Of a DNA stretch of 64,000 nucleotides, positions 1-8,736 are shown in pieces. Position numbers and translations under genes: made by a program. The notes below the pieces were generated by a model. It was given only the letters and a program-made list of their open reading frames with translations, made no database searches and was not told where the DNA came from. Position 1 is the stretch's first letter. Each line of letters starts with the position of its first letter. Source of the DNA: a bacterium (GTDB lineage Bacteria; Elusimicrobiota; Elusimicrobia; Elusimicrobiales; UBA9959); assembly GCA_021786295.1 (NCBI GenBank), contig JAJYNO010000024.1:31848-95847 (forward strand), written 5' to 3'.

Positions 1-480
1 TTGGCGCACGAGGCGGGGCTCAGGACCAACGCCACGATGCTCTATAACCATATAGAGAAGCCTGCCGACATCGTAGACCACATGTCGCGCCTGCGCTCCC
101 TCCAGGCGGAGACCGGCGGCTTCAAGACCTTCGTGCCGCTGGCCTACCACGACGGGAACACCGCCGTCAGGGCCCGCCGCCGGGTTCCCACCGGCTTCGA
201 CGAAATACGGCTCTACGCGACGGCCCGCGTCTTCCTGCACAACATCCCGCACATAAAGGCCCTGTGGATGTACGTAGGGGAGAAGATGGCTCAGCTGCTG
301 CTGAACTTCGGAGTGGACGATTTTTCCGGCACTTACTCGGGCGAGCGCGTGGTGCACGCGGCCGGCGCCCCCACCGCGGACCGCGGTTCCGAGGCCTACC
401 TGCGCGCGCTCATAAAGAACGCCGGTTTCAGGCCGGTGCGCGTTAACGCCTCCTACGAGCGCACCGGGAGGCGCGCATGA
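1..480 (+). CDS. Radical-SAM futalosine-pathway enzyme, MqnE/MqnC family, C-terminal part (5' end outside window)
   Basis: Translation is paralogous to the C-terminal half of the 1283-2356 radical SAM protein. Stop overlaps the mqnA start (ATGA at 477-480). Adjacency to mqnA hints at MqnE, but that is inference only. Confidence 0.7.
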   Translation: MAHEAGLRTNATMLYNHIEKPADIVDHMSRLRSLQAETGGFKTFVPLAYHDGNTAVRARRRVPTGFDEIRLYATARVFLHNIPHIKALWMYVGEKMAQLLLNFGVDDFSGTYSGERVVHAAGAPTADRGSEAYLRALIKNAGFRPVRVNASYERTGRRA

Positions 481-1286
481 AGCTGGGACAGATAGCCTAT
501 CTCAACTGCTACCCGTTCTATTACCATATGCTGGAGCGAAACCCGCTGCCAGGCGTGGAAATGTTCCCCCGCCTGCCTTCCGAGCTCAACCGCCTGATGG
601 CCGAGCGCAAGCTGGACCTGAGCCCGGTCTCGGCCGCGGCCTACGCGGACCTGGCGGACTCCGCCGCGCTGCTGCCGGAGTTCTGCATAGGCTCCAAGGG
701 ACCGGTGGGTTCCGTCGCGCTCATCGGCAATGTCCCGATAGAGGAGCTTTCCGGCAGGAAGCTGGCCCTGACCTCGGCCTCGCGCACCTCCGTGACGCTG
801 CTGAAGATAATCCTGAAGAAGTTCTACGGCGTCGAGCCGGAATACGCGCGGTCGGGCCCGGCCCCGAGCCTGCGAGAATACGACGCCGCGGCGGTGATAG
901 GCGACCACGCCATGACTCCGGAGGCCGACAACGCGCCTTACCGCTACGACCTGGGAGAGCTGTGGCTCGCGAAGACGGGGCGACCGGTGGTCTTCGCGGT
1001 CTTCGCCGCCGGGAAAACGGCCGCGGCGGCGGCCCCGGAGGCTTTCAGGGCGGCTGTCGCCTCCTATAAGGCCTCGCTGCGCTGCCTGGCCGAAGAACGC
1101 CGGGCGCTGGTGGCCGCCGCAGAGCGCGCCTACCCCTCCGTCACCTGCGACGTGGACGCCTATTTCTCCGGCCTGCGCTACGATTTCACTGACGAGATGA
1201 AGGACGCGCTCAGTTTCTACCTCGCGGCCGGCGCGGAGCTGGGCCTGCTGAAGGAAGTGAAGGAACTGGAGTTCCTGGAACTATGA
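477..1286 (+). CDS. mqnA: Chorismate dehydratase MqnA (futalosine pathway)
   Basis: 269 aa. N-terminus MKLGQIAYLNCYPFYY and overall periplasmic-binding-like MqnA/DUF178 pattern. Embedded between mqn genes with 4-nt overlaps on both sides. Confidence 0.8.
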   Translation: MKLGQIAYLNCYPFYYHMLERNPLPGVEMFPRLPSELNRLMAERKLDLSPVSAAAYADLADSAALLPEFCIGSKGPVGSVALIGNVPIEELSGRKLALTSASRTSVTLLKIILKKFYGVEPEYARSGPAPSLREYDAAAVIGDHAMTPEADNAPYRYDLGELWLAKTGRPVVFAVFAAGKTAAAAAPEAFRAAVASYKASLRCLAEERRALVAAAERAYPSVTCDVDAYFSGLRYDFTDEMKDALSFYLAAGAELGLLKEVKELEFLEL

Positions 1287-2356
1287 CCGCCGCCCTCAAA
1301 AAGAAGATCTTCGCCGGAAAGCGAATAACCCCCGCGGAGGCCCTGTCGCTGTTCTCGTGGGACCTGCTGGAGCTGGGCGGGGCCGCCGACTTCCGCCGCA
1401 GGCTGGTACACCCGCAGAACACCGTCGGTTTCATCCTGGACCGCATTATAAATTTCACCAATATCTGCGAGGCCTGCTGTTCTTTCTGCGCCTTCCACTC
1501 GCGCGCGGCCCTGCCGCCGTACGAGCTGAGCGTAAAAGAGATCCTGCACAAGACCGGCGAGCTGGCCGCCATGGGCGGCAGCCAGGTAATGCTGCAGGGC
1601 GGCCTGCATCCGGACCACGGCATAGAACATTATGCCGGCCTGCTGAAGGCCGTTAAGAAGAAGTACCCTGGTATCGCTTTACATTCCTTTTCTCCCAGCG
1701 AGCTCGTGCACGCGGCTAAGAAGAGCCGCCTGCCGCTGGACGAGGCTTTAATTCGGCTGAAGGCGGCGGGGCTGGCCTCCATGCCCGGCGCTTCCGACCT
1801 GCTGGTGGACCGGATCCGCTCCAAAGTGAGCCCCCGCAAGATAACCACGGCGCAGTGGGAGGAGGTCATGCGCGCGCTTGCCCGCCACGGGCTGCCTTCT
1901 TCCGCCACGATGACCTACGGCATGGGAGAGACCCTGCGCGAGCGCGTGAAACACCTGGAAGTGGTGCGCCGCACGCAGGACGCCACCGGCATCATCCGCG
2001 CCTTCATCCCTTGGTCCTTCTCTCCGGGCAACACTAGACTTCCGGACATCGTCCCCGCCACCGGAGTGGATTACCTGAAGATAGTGGCCGTCTCGCGCAT
2101 CTTCCTGGACAACGTGCGCTACATACAGGCCGGCTGGCTCACGGAAGGGCTGAAGCTGGCACAGGTCGCTCTGGCCATGGGAGCCAACGACATGGGCGGC
2201 GTGCTGACCGAGGAGAGAGTGGTGAAGGCCACCGGCTCCGGCGCCAGGGCCTGCGCCGAAGAGTTCATAGACCTGATAAAGAACGCCGGCCGCGCGCCGG
2301 TGCTGCGCGATTCCGCCTACCGCGTCATAGACCGCCGCCCATGGAGGAAAAAATGA
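1283..2356 (+). CDS. Radical-SAM futalosine-pathway enzyme (MqnC/MqnE family; position next to mqnD suggests MqnC)
   Basis: 357 aa. CX3CX2C radical SAM motif in NICEACCSFCAF. CofH/MqnC/MqnE-like C-terminal region (GANDMGGVLTEE). Confidence 0.8.
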   Translation: MTAALKKKIFAGKRITPAEALSLFSWDLLELGGAADFRRRLVHPQNTVGFILDRIINFTNICEACCSFCAFHSRAALPPYELSVKEILHKTGELAAMGGSQVMLQGGLHPDHGIEHYAGLLKAVKKKYPGIALHSFSPSELVHAAKKSRLPLDEALIRLKAAGLASMPGASDLLVDRIRSKVSPRKITTAQWEEVMRALARHGLPSSATMTYGMGETLRERVKHLEVVRRTQDATGIIRAFIPWSFSPGNTRLPDIVPATGVDYLKIVAVSRIFLDNVRYIQAGWLTEGLKLAQVALAMGANDMGGVLTEERVVKATGSGARACAEEFIDLIKNAGRAPVLRDSAYRVIDRRPWRKK

Positions 2357-3147
2357 CGGAGCTTTCCCTCGCCTTCTCGCCCTGCCCCAACGACACCTTC
2401 ATCTTCCACGCCCTGCTGCACGGTCTGGTCGGCGACGGCAGCTACGGCTTCAAGCCCTTCATAGACGACGTGGAGACGCTGAACACCGCCGCTTTCGAGA
2501 AGCGCTTCCAGGTGACCAAGCTCTCCGCCGGCGCGTGGCTGCGGCTCAAGGACGACTACGAACTGCTGGACTCCGGCGGAGCGCTCGGCTTCGGCTGCGG
2601 GCCGCTCGTAGTGGCCGCCGCCGGCAAAAAGCTGACCCCGGAGTCGCGCATAGCGGTGCCGGGCCTCAACACCACGGCCCTGATGCTCTTCAAAGGCTGG
2701 AACCCGGCGCTTAAGAACCTCGCCGAGGAGCGCTTCGACCGGATCATGCCGGGGATACGCGACGGAAAGTACGACGCCGGGCTGGTCATCCACGAGGGCC
2801 GCTTCATCTACAAGGACTTCGGCTGCGAGAAGCTGGCCGACCTGGGCGAGTGGTGGGAGAAAGAGACCGGCTGCCCGGTGCCGCTGGGCTGCATAGCGGT
2901 AAGGAAGGACGCCGGCACGATAAAGCACGCGCCGGCCATAGACAAACTGATCCGGGAATCGGTGAAGCACGCTTTCGCCCACCCGGAAAAACCGCGCGAG
3001 TTCATCCGCGCCAACGCCCCTGGCATGAGCGACGCCGTCACGGACGCGCACATCAAGCTCTACGTCAACGATTTCTCGGTCTCGATGGGCGAGAAAGGCC
3101 GCGAGGCCTTCCGCCTGCTGGAGAAAAAATGCGCCGCGGCCCTGTAG
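2341..3147 (+). CDS. mqnD: 1,4-dihydroxy-6-naphthoate synthase MqnD
   Basis: 268 aa. N-terminal LSLAFSPCPNDTFIFHAL motif typical of MqnD. Alternative start ATG 2353 would form an ATGA overlap with the upstream stop. Confidence 0.8.
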   Translation: MEEKMTELSLAFSPCPNDTFIFHALLHGLVGDGSYGFKPFIDDVETLNTAAFEKRFQVTKLSAGAWLRLKDDYELLDSGGALGFGCGPLVVAAAGKKLTPESRIAVPGLNTTALMLFKGWNPALKNLAEERFDRIMPGIRDGKYDAGLVIHEGRFIYKDFGCEKLADLGEWWEKETGCPVPLGCIAVRKDAGTIKHAPAIDKLIRESVKHAFAHPEKPREFIRANAPGMSDAVTDAHIKLYVNDFSVSMGEKGREAFRLLEKKCAAAL

Positions 3148-3743
3148 CCCTGCTTTTCGCCACGCTGCCGGAGGCTGAGCCTTTCATAAAAGGCCTCAAA
3201 CTCAAAAGGACCGTCTCCGCTCCGTTCCCGGTATACAAAGGCCGCGGCCTGGCCCTGGTCCTTTCCGGCATAGGCAAGGCCGACGCCGCCATGGCGGCGG
3301 CCTGGACCTGCGAAAGGCTCTCCCCCCGCGTGCTGGTCAATCTCGGCGCGGCCGGCGCTGTCGGAAAGAAGCTGGATCCCGGGGACTGCCTTCAGATCTC
3401 GCGCGCGGTAGAGCCGGACAGACCCGGCCTCAGGACAGGGGCCCCCCGCGAGCATTTCCCGGAAGCGCTAAAAGGATTCAGGAACGCGGTAATAGCCACT
3501 CAGGACCGGCCGATCCTGTCAGCCGCCGACAGGCGCCGCCTGCTCCGGCTGGCGGACCTGGCCGACATGGAGACCTCCGCCTTCATCCAGGCCTGCCGCA
3601 GGTTCGGCCGAAGCTGTTTCGCCTTCAAGTTCGTAACGGACGCACCCGGCCATTCCTCGGGCGAGGACATCGTGCGCGGCATCCGGAAGCACAGGGACTC
3701 CTTCTTCAGTTTCTTCCTCTCCGCCGTCCTCCCCTCTCTCTAA
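3129..3743 (+). CDS. mqnB: Futalosine hydrolase / nucleosidase-family protein MqnB
   Basis: 204 aa from the internal ATG of track ORF 2850-3743 (the upstream part overlaps mqnD out of frame). PNP/MTAN-type fold motif LVLSGIGKADAAMAAAW. Last gene of the mqn cluster. Confidence 0.7.
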   Translation: MRRGPVALLFATLPEAEPFIKGLKLKRTVSAPFPVYKGRGLALVLSGIGKADAAMAAAWTCERLSPRVLVNLGAAGAVGKKLDPGDCLQISRAVEPDRPGLRTGAPREHFPEALKGFRNAVIATQDRPILSAADRRRLLRLADLADMETSAFIQACRRFGRSCFAFKFVTDAPGHSSGEDIVRGIRKHRDSFFSFFLSAVLPSL

Positions 3744-3749
3744 AAAGGT

Positions 3750-3850
3750 AAAAAGGGGGACAGGCTACTTTTTTACCTCAAAAAAGTCTTTGAATCACAA
3801 GAACAATTTTGAGTCCAAAGAAGCGAAAAAAGTAGCCTGTCCCCCTTTTT
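3750..3850. repeat. 101-bp AT-rich element bounded by perfect 25-bp inverted repeats (long hairpin / MITE-like)
   Basis: 3750-3774 AAAAAGGGGGACAGGCTACTTTTTT is the exact reverse complement of 3826-3850. An inner 7-bp pair is CTCAAAA 3777-3783 with TTTTGAG 3807-3813. Confidence 0.6.
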
Positions 3851-3860
3851 TGACAATAAA

Positions 3861-3895
3861 GAACGGCGCGGGGTGAGCCGCGCCGTTCTTTTTTT
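3861..3895 (+). terminator. Rho-independent terminator between convergent mqnB and protease genes
   Basis: 11-bp stem GAACGGCGCGG 3861-3871 with CCGCGCCGTTC 3878-3888, followed by a T7 run at 3889-3895. Confidence 0.7.
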
Positions 3896-3913
3896 GCCGT
3901 TTAAGGCTTGAAC

Positions 3914-4906
3914 TTAGTTCCAGGCCTTCGTGCCGTCGAACATCGGGGCGACGCGCTGCCAGGTCTTCTCGCTCTGGGCCAGGGCGGAGGGGGCCTTCAT
4001 GCCGCCGTCGCTGTAGGCGATGGTGCTCAGGCCGAAGTCGGTCTGGGAGCTTCCGACCTCGGAATACGAGATGCGGAAGAAGCCGTTCTCGCCCCAGTTG
4101 GGACCCCAGCTGTTCTTCACGATGAAGTACTGGCCCTTGTCGTTGTAGCCGACCAGCAGTATACCGTGACCGCCCAGCTTCTTGCCGGAGGTGTAGGAGT
4201 ACACGCCGGACTTGTAGTGCATGAAGTCCTCATACACCATCATCGCGGTGGGCAGGGGGCCGTACTGGTTCAGAGCGGCTTTAAGGTCGTTGACGCTCTG
4301 GTTTATGGAACCCCAGTCGGCCACTTTGTAGGCCTCGCTCTGCCAACCCTGGGCGGCATCGGAGCAGGTCCCGTCGGTAGCCGTGTAGGGATAGTCCGAC
4401 TCCGGAGGCAGACCGGTGCTCTTTATGAAGCTGGCGTCCAGCTGGCCGCCCTGGCAGGAGCCCGCGCCGCTGCAGGAGATCATGACCTGCTCGGAGAGGT
4501 CCAGGTCCTGGCCGGGCATGTTCTGAGTGCGAAGCACGTAGGCCTCAAGGCCGCCGGTCATCGCGAAGGCCCAGCAGGAGCCGCACTGGCCCTGGTCCCT
4601 GGCCGGGGTGACGAAGTCGCCGCCGTGATTGCGCCAGTCGAGGGACGCCGGGAGCCTGCCCGACCGGGACAGGGATATCGGGGGAGCCTTTATAGGCTGG
4701 AAGTTCAGGCCGACGTAGTACTTCCAGTTGGCCGGGTTGGCGGAAACACTGGTCTCGCCGGCTACCCACTTGGCGCCGGTGCGCTGTATGGCTTCCTGCA
4801 CCTGGCTGATCTGGTCCTTTACGTTCCCCCTGAGGGCCTGCTGACCAAAAGAAGGCCCGGCGGCCAACAGGGCCGCGATCGCGATCAAGCTCTTCATTTT
4901 TACCAT
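3914..4906 (-). CDS. Secreted papain-family (C1A) cysteine protease
   Basis: 330 aa. Signal peptide MVKMKSLIAIAALLAAGPSFG. Catalytic Cys in QGQCGSCWAF, His in GGHGILLVGY, Asn region VKNSWGPNWGENGF. AGGAGG lies 4 nt upstream of the ATG. Confidence 0.85.
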   Translation of the reverse strand: MVKMKSLIAIAALLAAGPSFGQQALRGNVKDQISQVQEAIQRTGAKWVAGETSVSANPANWKYYVGLNFQPIKAPPISLSRSGRLPASLDWRNHGGDFVTPARDQGQCGSCWAFAMTGGLEAYVLRTQNMPGQDLDLSEQVMISCSGAGSCQGGQLDASFIKSTGLPPESDYPYTATDGTCSDAAQGWQSEAYKVADWGSINQSVNDLKAALNQYGPLPTAMMVYEDFMHYKSGVYSYTSGKKLGGHGILLVGYNDKGQYFIVKNSWGPNWGENGFFRISYSEVGSSQTDFGLSTIAYSDGGMKAPSALAQSEKTWQRVAPMFDGTKAWN

Positions 4907-4996
4907 CTATCCTCCTGCTGTCTTAGCCGCCTGAGGGATCTTTGTTGAGAGAAACAGCGTCGCAAAGTCCGGGACGGGCGTGTATTGACTATGGTC

Positions 4997-5026
4997 AATA
5001 TACCTTAATTATGGCAGGCAATTCAA
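4997..5026 (-). promoter_or_regulatory. Candidate sigma70 promoter of the protease gene with overlapping palindrome
   Basis: Minus strand reads TTGAAT (5026-5021), 18-nt spacer, TATATT (5002-4997). Palindrome TATTGAC-N4-GTCAATA at 4983-5000 overlaps the -10. Confidence 0.4.
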
Positions 5027-5094
5027 CCTCCGCACAAGGCTGAAGGGCCCATTCCGTTCTGGGCCATAGGACCTATGACGAAAGTCAAGCCGCT

Positions 5095-6015
5095 TTATTT
5101 TATGGAAAGGGCGTCCACGTACTTGTCGTAGCGAGCTCTTATCTCGGAGGAGGAAAGCGAGCCCACGCGCTTGACGCTGAAATCCTCCACGCTGAAGGAG
5201 GACATGACGGTCCCGTAGGACATGGCCCTGCGCAGCGCGTCGAAATCGCGCCAGTCGCCGGCGCTTGCCAAGTAGCCCATAAAGCCGCCGGCGAAAGTGT
5301 CGCCCGCGCCGGTGGGGTCCACCACCTTCTCTATGGGATGGGCCGGGATGGAAAGGACCTGTCTGCCGTAGAAGAGCATGGCGCCGCTGTCGCCGCGCTT
5401 GACCACTATTCCGCTGGGCCCCATCTTCAGTATCTTCCTGGCGGCCGTCATCAGGTTGTATTCGCGCGTGAGCTGGCGGGCCTCCTCCTCGTTGACGAAG
5501 AGCAGGTCCACGTCCCTGAGCAGCTTCACCAGCGAGGCTCTTTTGAGGCTGATCCAGTAGTTCATCGTGTCGCAGGCCACCAGCCTGGGACCGGCCATCT
5601 GGGAAAGCACCCCGCGCTGCAGGTCAGGGTCTATGTTGGCCAGGAACAGGACGCCGCAGCGGGCATGGTCCCCGTTGAGCTTCGGATTGAAATGCCGGAA
5701 GACGTTCAGCTCGGTGGCTATGGTCCGGGCGTTCTTGAAGTCCCGGTCATAGCGCCCCTTCCAATGGAAGGTCCTGCCAGGCATTACCTCCAGGCCGTCC
5801 AGGCAGATGTTGCGCCGCTTGAGGAAGCGCTTGAAGGGGACCGGGAAGTCCTCCCCTACCACGCCCACGACCTTTACCGGGGAGAACCGGGAGGCGGAAA
5901 TGGAGAAATGGACGGCCGAGCCGCCCAAGGCCCGTTTGGTGCTGCCGTGTATCGTGCTGACCGAATCCAGGGCCACCGAGCCCACTACCAGGATGGTGTT
6001 CTTCATAAGAGGCAC
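5095..6015 (-). CDS. PfkB-family carbohydrate/nucleoside kinase
   Basis: 306 aa. N-terminal GSVALD and C-terminal DPTGAGDTFAGGF PfkB signatures. GTG start at 6015; alternative ATG at 6006. Confidence 0.8.
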   Translation of the reverse strand: MPLMKNTILVVGSVALDSVSTIHGSTKRALGGSAVHFSISASRFSPVKVVGVVGEDFPVPFKRFLKRRNICLDGLEVMPGRTFHWKGRYDRDFKNARTIATELNVFRHFNPKLNGDHARCGVLFLANIDPDLQRGVLSQMAGPRLVACDTMNYWISLKRASLVKLLRDVDLLFVNEEEARQLTREYNLMTAARKILKMGPSGIVVKRGDSGAMLFYGRQVLSIPAHPIEKVVDPTGAGDTFAGGFMGYLASAGDWRDFDALRRAMSYGTVMSSFSVEDFSVKRVGSLSSSEIRARYDKYVDALSIK

Positions 6016-6106
6016 CGCTTTAAAAGAGATTAAAGCCCCGCCGGGAGCTTCAGGCTATGATACAAAAATTACGGCGGCGATGGGGCGGCGGGGAATACCG
6101 GGGGCC

Positions 6107-6811
6107 CTACATGGAGGCTTCCGCTTCCCCGCTCTCTATGAGTTCCAGCACCCTGGCGGCCACCTGGTCCGCCGTGTCCACTCCCGGAGCGGCCTTGCCG
6201 TCGGCGCGGCTGTCGGCCGCGTCGCCGCCGACGGCGTTCACGCCGAAGCGCGTGGCCGTCATCCTGGGGTGCATCACGCTTACGACTATGCCGTCCTTTT
6301 CCAGCTCCCTGCGCGAGGTGAGCGAGACGGCGTTCAGCGCGTACTTGGTGGAAGCGTAGGCGGAAAGGCCCGGGAAATAGTTCTTGGAGACCATGGAGCT
6401 GACGTTCACTATGCGCCCCCCGCCGGCTGCGCGCATAGCCGGGATGACCCGCTGCATCAGGTCCACCACCGCGAAGAGGTTGAGCTCCATGACCTCGCGG
6501 TAGGCCTTCAAGGGCACTCTCTCCAGCGGGCCGTAGATCCCCTGCCCGGCGTTGTTGACCAGGATGTCCAGCCGGCCGTACTGGCCCAGGACCGCGTCCA
6601 CGAGGGCCTTTATCTCGCCAGGGCTGCGCAGGTCCGCGCGCCGGGCGGTGGCTCCGGGGATCCCGGCGGCGGCCTTCCGCAGCTTCTCTTCCGAACGGGC
6701 GGCCAGCGTAACCAGGGCCCCGGCCGCGCCCAGCCCGCGGGCGACGGCCAGGCCTATGCCCTCCGAAGCCCCGGTCACCAGCGCCGTCTTTCCCCTGAAA
6801 TCGTAGGGCAT
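6107..6811 (-). CDS. Short-chain dehydrogenase/reductase (SDR)
   Basis: Start moved to MPYDFRGKTALVTGASEGIG (ATG at 6811, 2 nt after the upstream stop). TGxxxGIG cofactor motif and YxxxK (YASTKYAL). Confidence 0.85.
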   Translation of the reverse strand: MPYDFRGKTALVTGASEGIGLAVARGLGAAGALVTLAARSEEKLRKAAAGIPGATARRADLRSPGEIKALVDAVLGQYGRLDILVNNAGQGIYGPLERVPLKAYREVMELNLFAVVDLMQRVIPAMRAAGGGRIVNVSSMVSKNYFPGLSAYASTKYALNAVSLTSRRELEKDGIVVSVMHPRMTATRFGVNAVGGDAADSRADGKAAPGVDTADQVAARVLELIESGEAEASM

Positions 6812-6813
6812 GT

Positions 6814-7434
6814 TCAGACAGCCGCCTTTTCCCGGTTCTCCTGCGCGGGCCTGCGAAGCGCTTCCATGGTCTCGCGCACTATCAGGTCGGCCCACTCCCG
6901 CCGCAGCTCGGTGGTCGGGGCCGGCAGAGTGCGGTGCTCTATGCCGAACTCCCCGAGCAGGGCGTTCAGCCTGTCGTAGATGTCCTGCTGGAACTCGCGG
7001 CTCTGCGCGTCCCGGATGCCGTCGTCCACCAGCTCCCCGACCATCGGCAGCTTGTAGATCACGTCGTACGGAAAGGCCTCGGCGTAGCCCTTCAGGAACT
7101 CGCGCAGCATCCTGTTCTCCCCGCAGCGGCGCTCCAGGTAGACCAGGTTATCGAAGACGCTGCGGTCGCAGACCACCACCTGGTAGTGGCGCAGCGTGCC
7201 GCGGAGCTCCTCGGTGATGTGCTGCATCATGATGTACATCTGCGCCGGCAGCGTCGTGGTTTCGTTTATCGGGATGCCCTGCTCGAAGGCGGCGGCCGCT
7301 ATCTCGGAAAAGACCTTGACCTTGAGCCCCCTCTTCTTCAGTTCGGCCGCCACCTCGTAGCAGAGCGTGGTCTTGCCTGTGCCGTGGGTCGAGATGAGGG
7401 AGATCTTGTATGGACGCTTTCTGGTATGGGACAT
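6814..7434 (-). CDS. P-loop ATPase (AAA_28/NadR-kinase-like), function unknown
   Basis: 206 aa. Walker A STHGTGKTT. Tightly coupled to the downstream SDR. Confidence 0.6.
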   Translation of the reverse strand: MSHTRKRPYKISLISTHGTGKTTLCYEVAAELKKRGLKVKVFSEIAAAAFEQGIPINETTTLPAQMYIMMQHITEELRGTLRHYQVVVCDRSVFDNLVYLERRCGENRMLREFLKGYAEAFPYDVIYKLPMVGELVDDGIRDAQSREFQQDIYDRLNALLGEFGIEHRTLPAPTTELRREWADLIVRETMEALRRPAQENREKAAV

Positions 7435-7534
7435 TTTGGACTCCGGGCTCCGCGATTTCCCTTATACTACACTTTTTGGCCGCGCCGGCAAAATCCCCCG
7501 GCGTAGGCCGGGCCGCGCCACTGCCGCGGCCGGG

Positions 7535-7564
7535 TTGGATATGCGCGGGATTATATTTTAGAAT
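7535..7564 (+). promoter_or_regulatory. Candidate promoter for the 7633 gene
   Basis: TTGGAT 7535-7540, 18-nt spacer, TAGAAT 7559-7564. AAGGAG Shine-Dalgarno lies before ATG 7633. Confidence 0.4.
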
Positions 7565-7632
7565 GGGTTAAGCCCGGCACTAAAAATGTTCCGGCTTTTC
7601 ATCAGGGGAACCGTGAAAGTAAGGAGAGCATT

Positions 7633-8133
7633 ATGATAAAAGGACTGACTGCGTGTTTACTGGCTGCCGCCGCGGGGCTGGCGCTGGCCCTGCCGGCCGC
7701 GGCGAAAGACCGCGGGAGGGAACCCCTCGGCGAATGCAGGACGGTGGCGAACTACAGGGTGGTCTTCACTATGACCGCAGGGGTGCTGGAGAGCTCCGGG
7801 ACGGTCCTGACGGCCCAGAACGGGGAAGGCGAATTCGCCGCCGGAGGCAGCACGGCCCTGCGCAACGGCGAGGCGAACGGGAAGCCTTTCTTCGAATTGA
7901 AGGATTTCGCCAGCTCCGCCAGTTTCCGGGTCTACGGGAACTCGGGACGGGAAGGGGACCTGGTCCTGGAGTGCAGGCTGTCGCTCAAGGGACCGGTTTC
8001 GGCTTCCGGCCCCGGGACCCTGGAAGAAGAACTGAGTTTCCACGGCACGGTGGCGGTCACGCCCGGCAAACAGGTCGTGCTGACGGACGGCCCGTCCGGG
8101 CGGATAGCGGTAACGGTGTTCCAGGCGGACTGA
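7633..8133 (+). CDS. Hypothetical secreted protein
   Basis: 166 aa. Signal peptide MIKGLTACLLAAAAGLALALPAAA. Good SD. No family recognised. Confidence 0.55.
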   Translation: MIKGLTACLLAAAAGLALALPAAAKDRGREPLGECRTVANYRVVFTMTAGVLESSGTVLTAQNGEGEFAAGGSTALRNGEANGKPFFELKDFASSASFRVYGNSGREGDLVLECRLSLKGPVSASGPGTLEEELSFHGTVAVTPGKQVVLTDGPSGRIAVTVFQAD

Positions 8134-8227
8134 CGGCGGGCGAGGCGGGCTGTTCCGGCCCGCCGCCCCTGAACTGCGGGCGGCATAAGCGCGCCCAGCG
8201 GCTGTCCGCACCTCAAAAGGAGTCAGT

Positions 8228-8695
8228 ATGGCAAGAAAGAATAAATTCGGCGTCTGGGGGCTGGCCCTCGCCATAGCGGCGCTGATAGGCATAACGGCGA
8301 TACAGGCCGGCCTGATCGGAGACCTGCGTACAGACCCGGACCTCATGAGGGAGCTTCGGATAAGGCTGCTCAGCGACTATCTGCCTGACGGAGGCGGGCC
8401 TCTCAAGAACCTCCTCGCCACAGGAGCCGGAGAGGACGCCTTCAATATGGCGGCCGCCTCCGCCGGGGTTTCTTTGGATATACGTGAACTTAAGGCCGGC
8501 CAGCCGGTCTTCGGCGGCTCGGGCAGGTACACCCGCAGCGGGGTCCTGGAGGTAAGCTTCCTGCTGACGAAAAACGGCAAGGTTCTGGAGGACAGGACCA
8601 ATTATTACGGCTACTACTACATCCCGAGCAGGTCGGAATGGGAAATAAGAGAACGTTCCTCTAAGATCTTCTACTACCTCAGCTTCCTCGTATAA
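8228..8695 (+). CDS. Hypothetical membrane-anchored protein
   Basis: 155 aa. N-terminal TM helix (FGVWGLALAIAALIGITAI). AAGGAG SD before the ATG. No family recognised. Confidence 0.5.
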   Translation: MARKNKFGVWGLALAIAALIGITAIQAGLIGDLRTDPDLMRELRIRLLSDYLPDGGGPLKNLLATGAGEDAFNMAAASAGVSLDIRELKAGQPVFGGSGRYTRSGVLEVSFLLTKNGKVLEDRTNYYGYYYIPSRSEWEIRERSSKIFYYLSFLV

Positions 8696-8736
8696 ACTCC
8701 CGGAGCCTGGAGTTTGCGGCGAAGCTTACCCGCATA

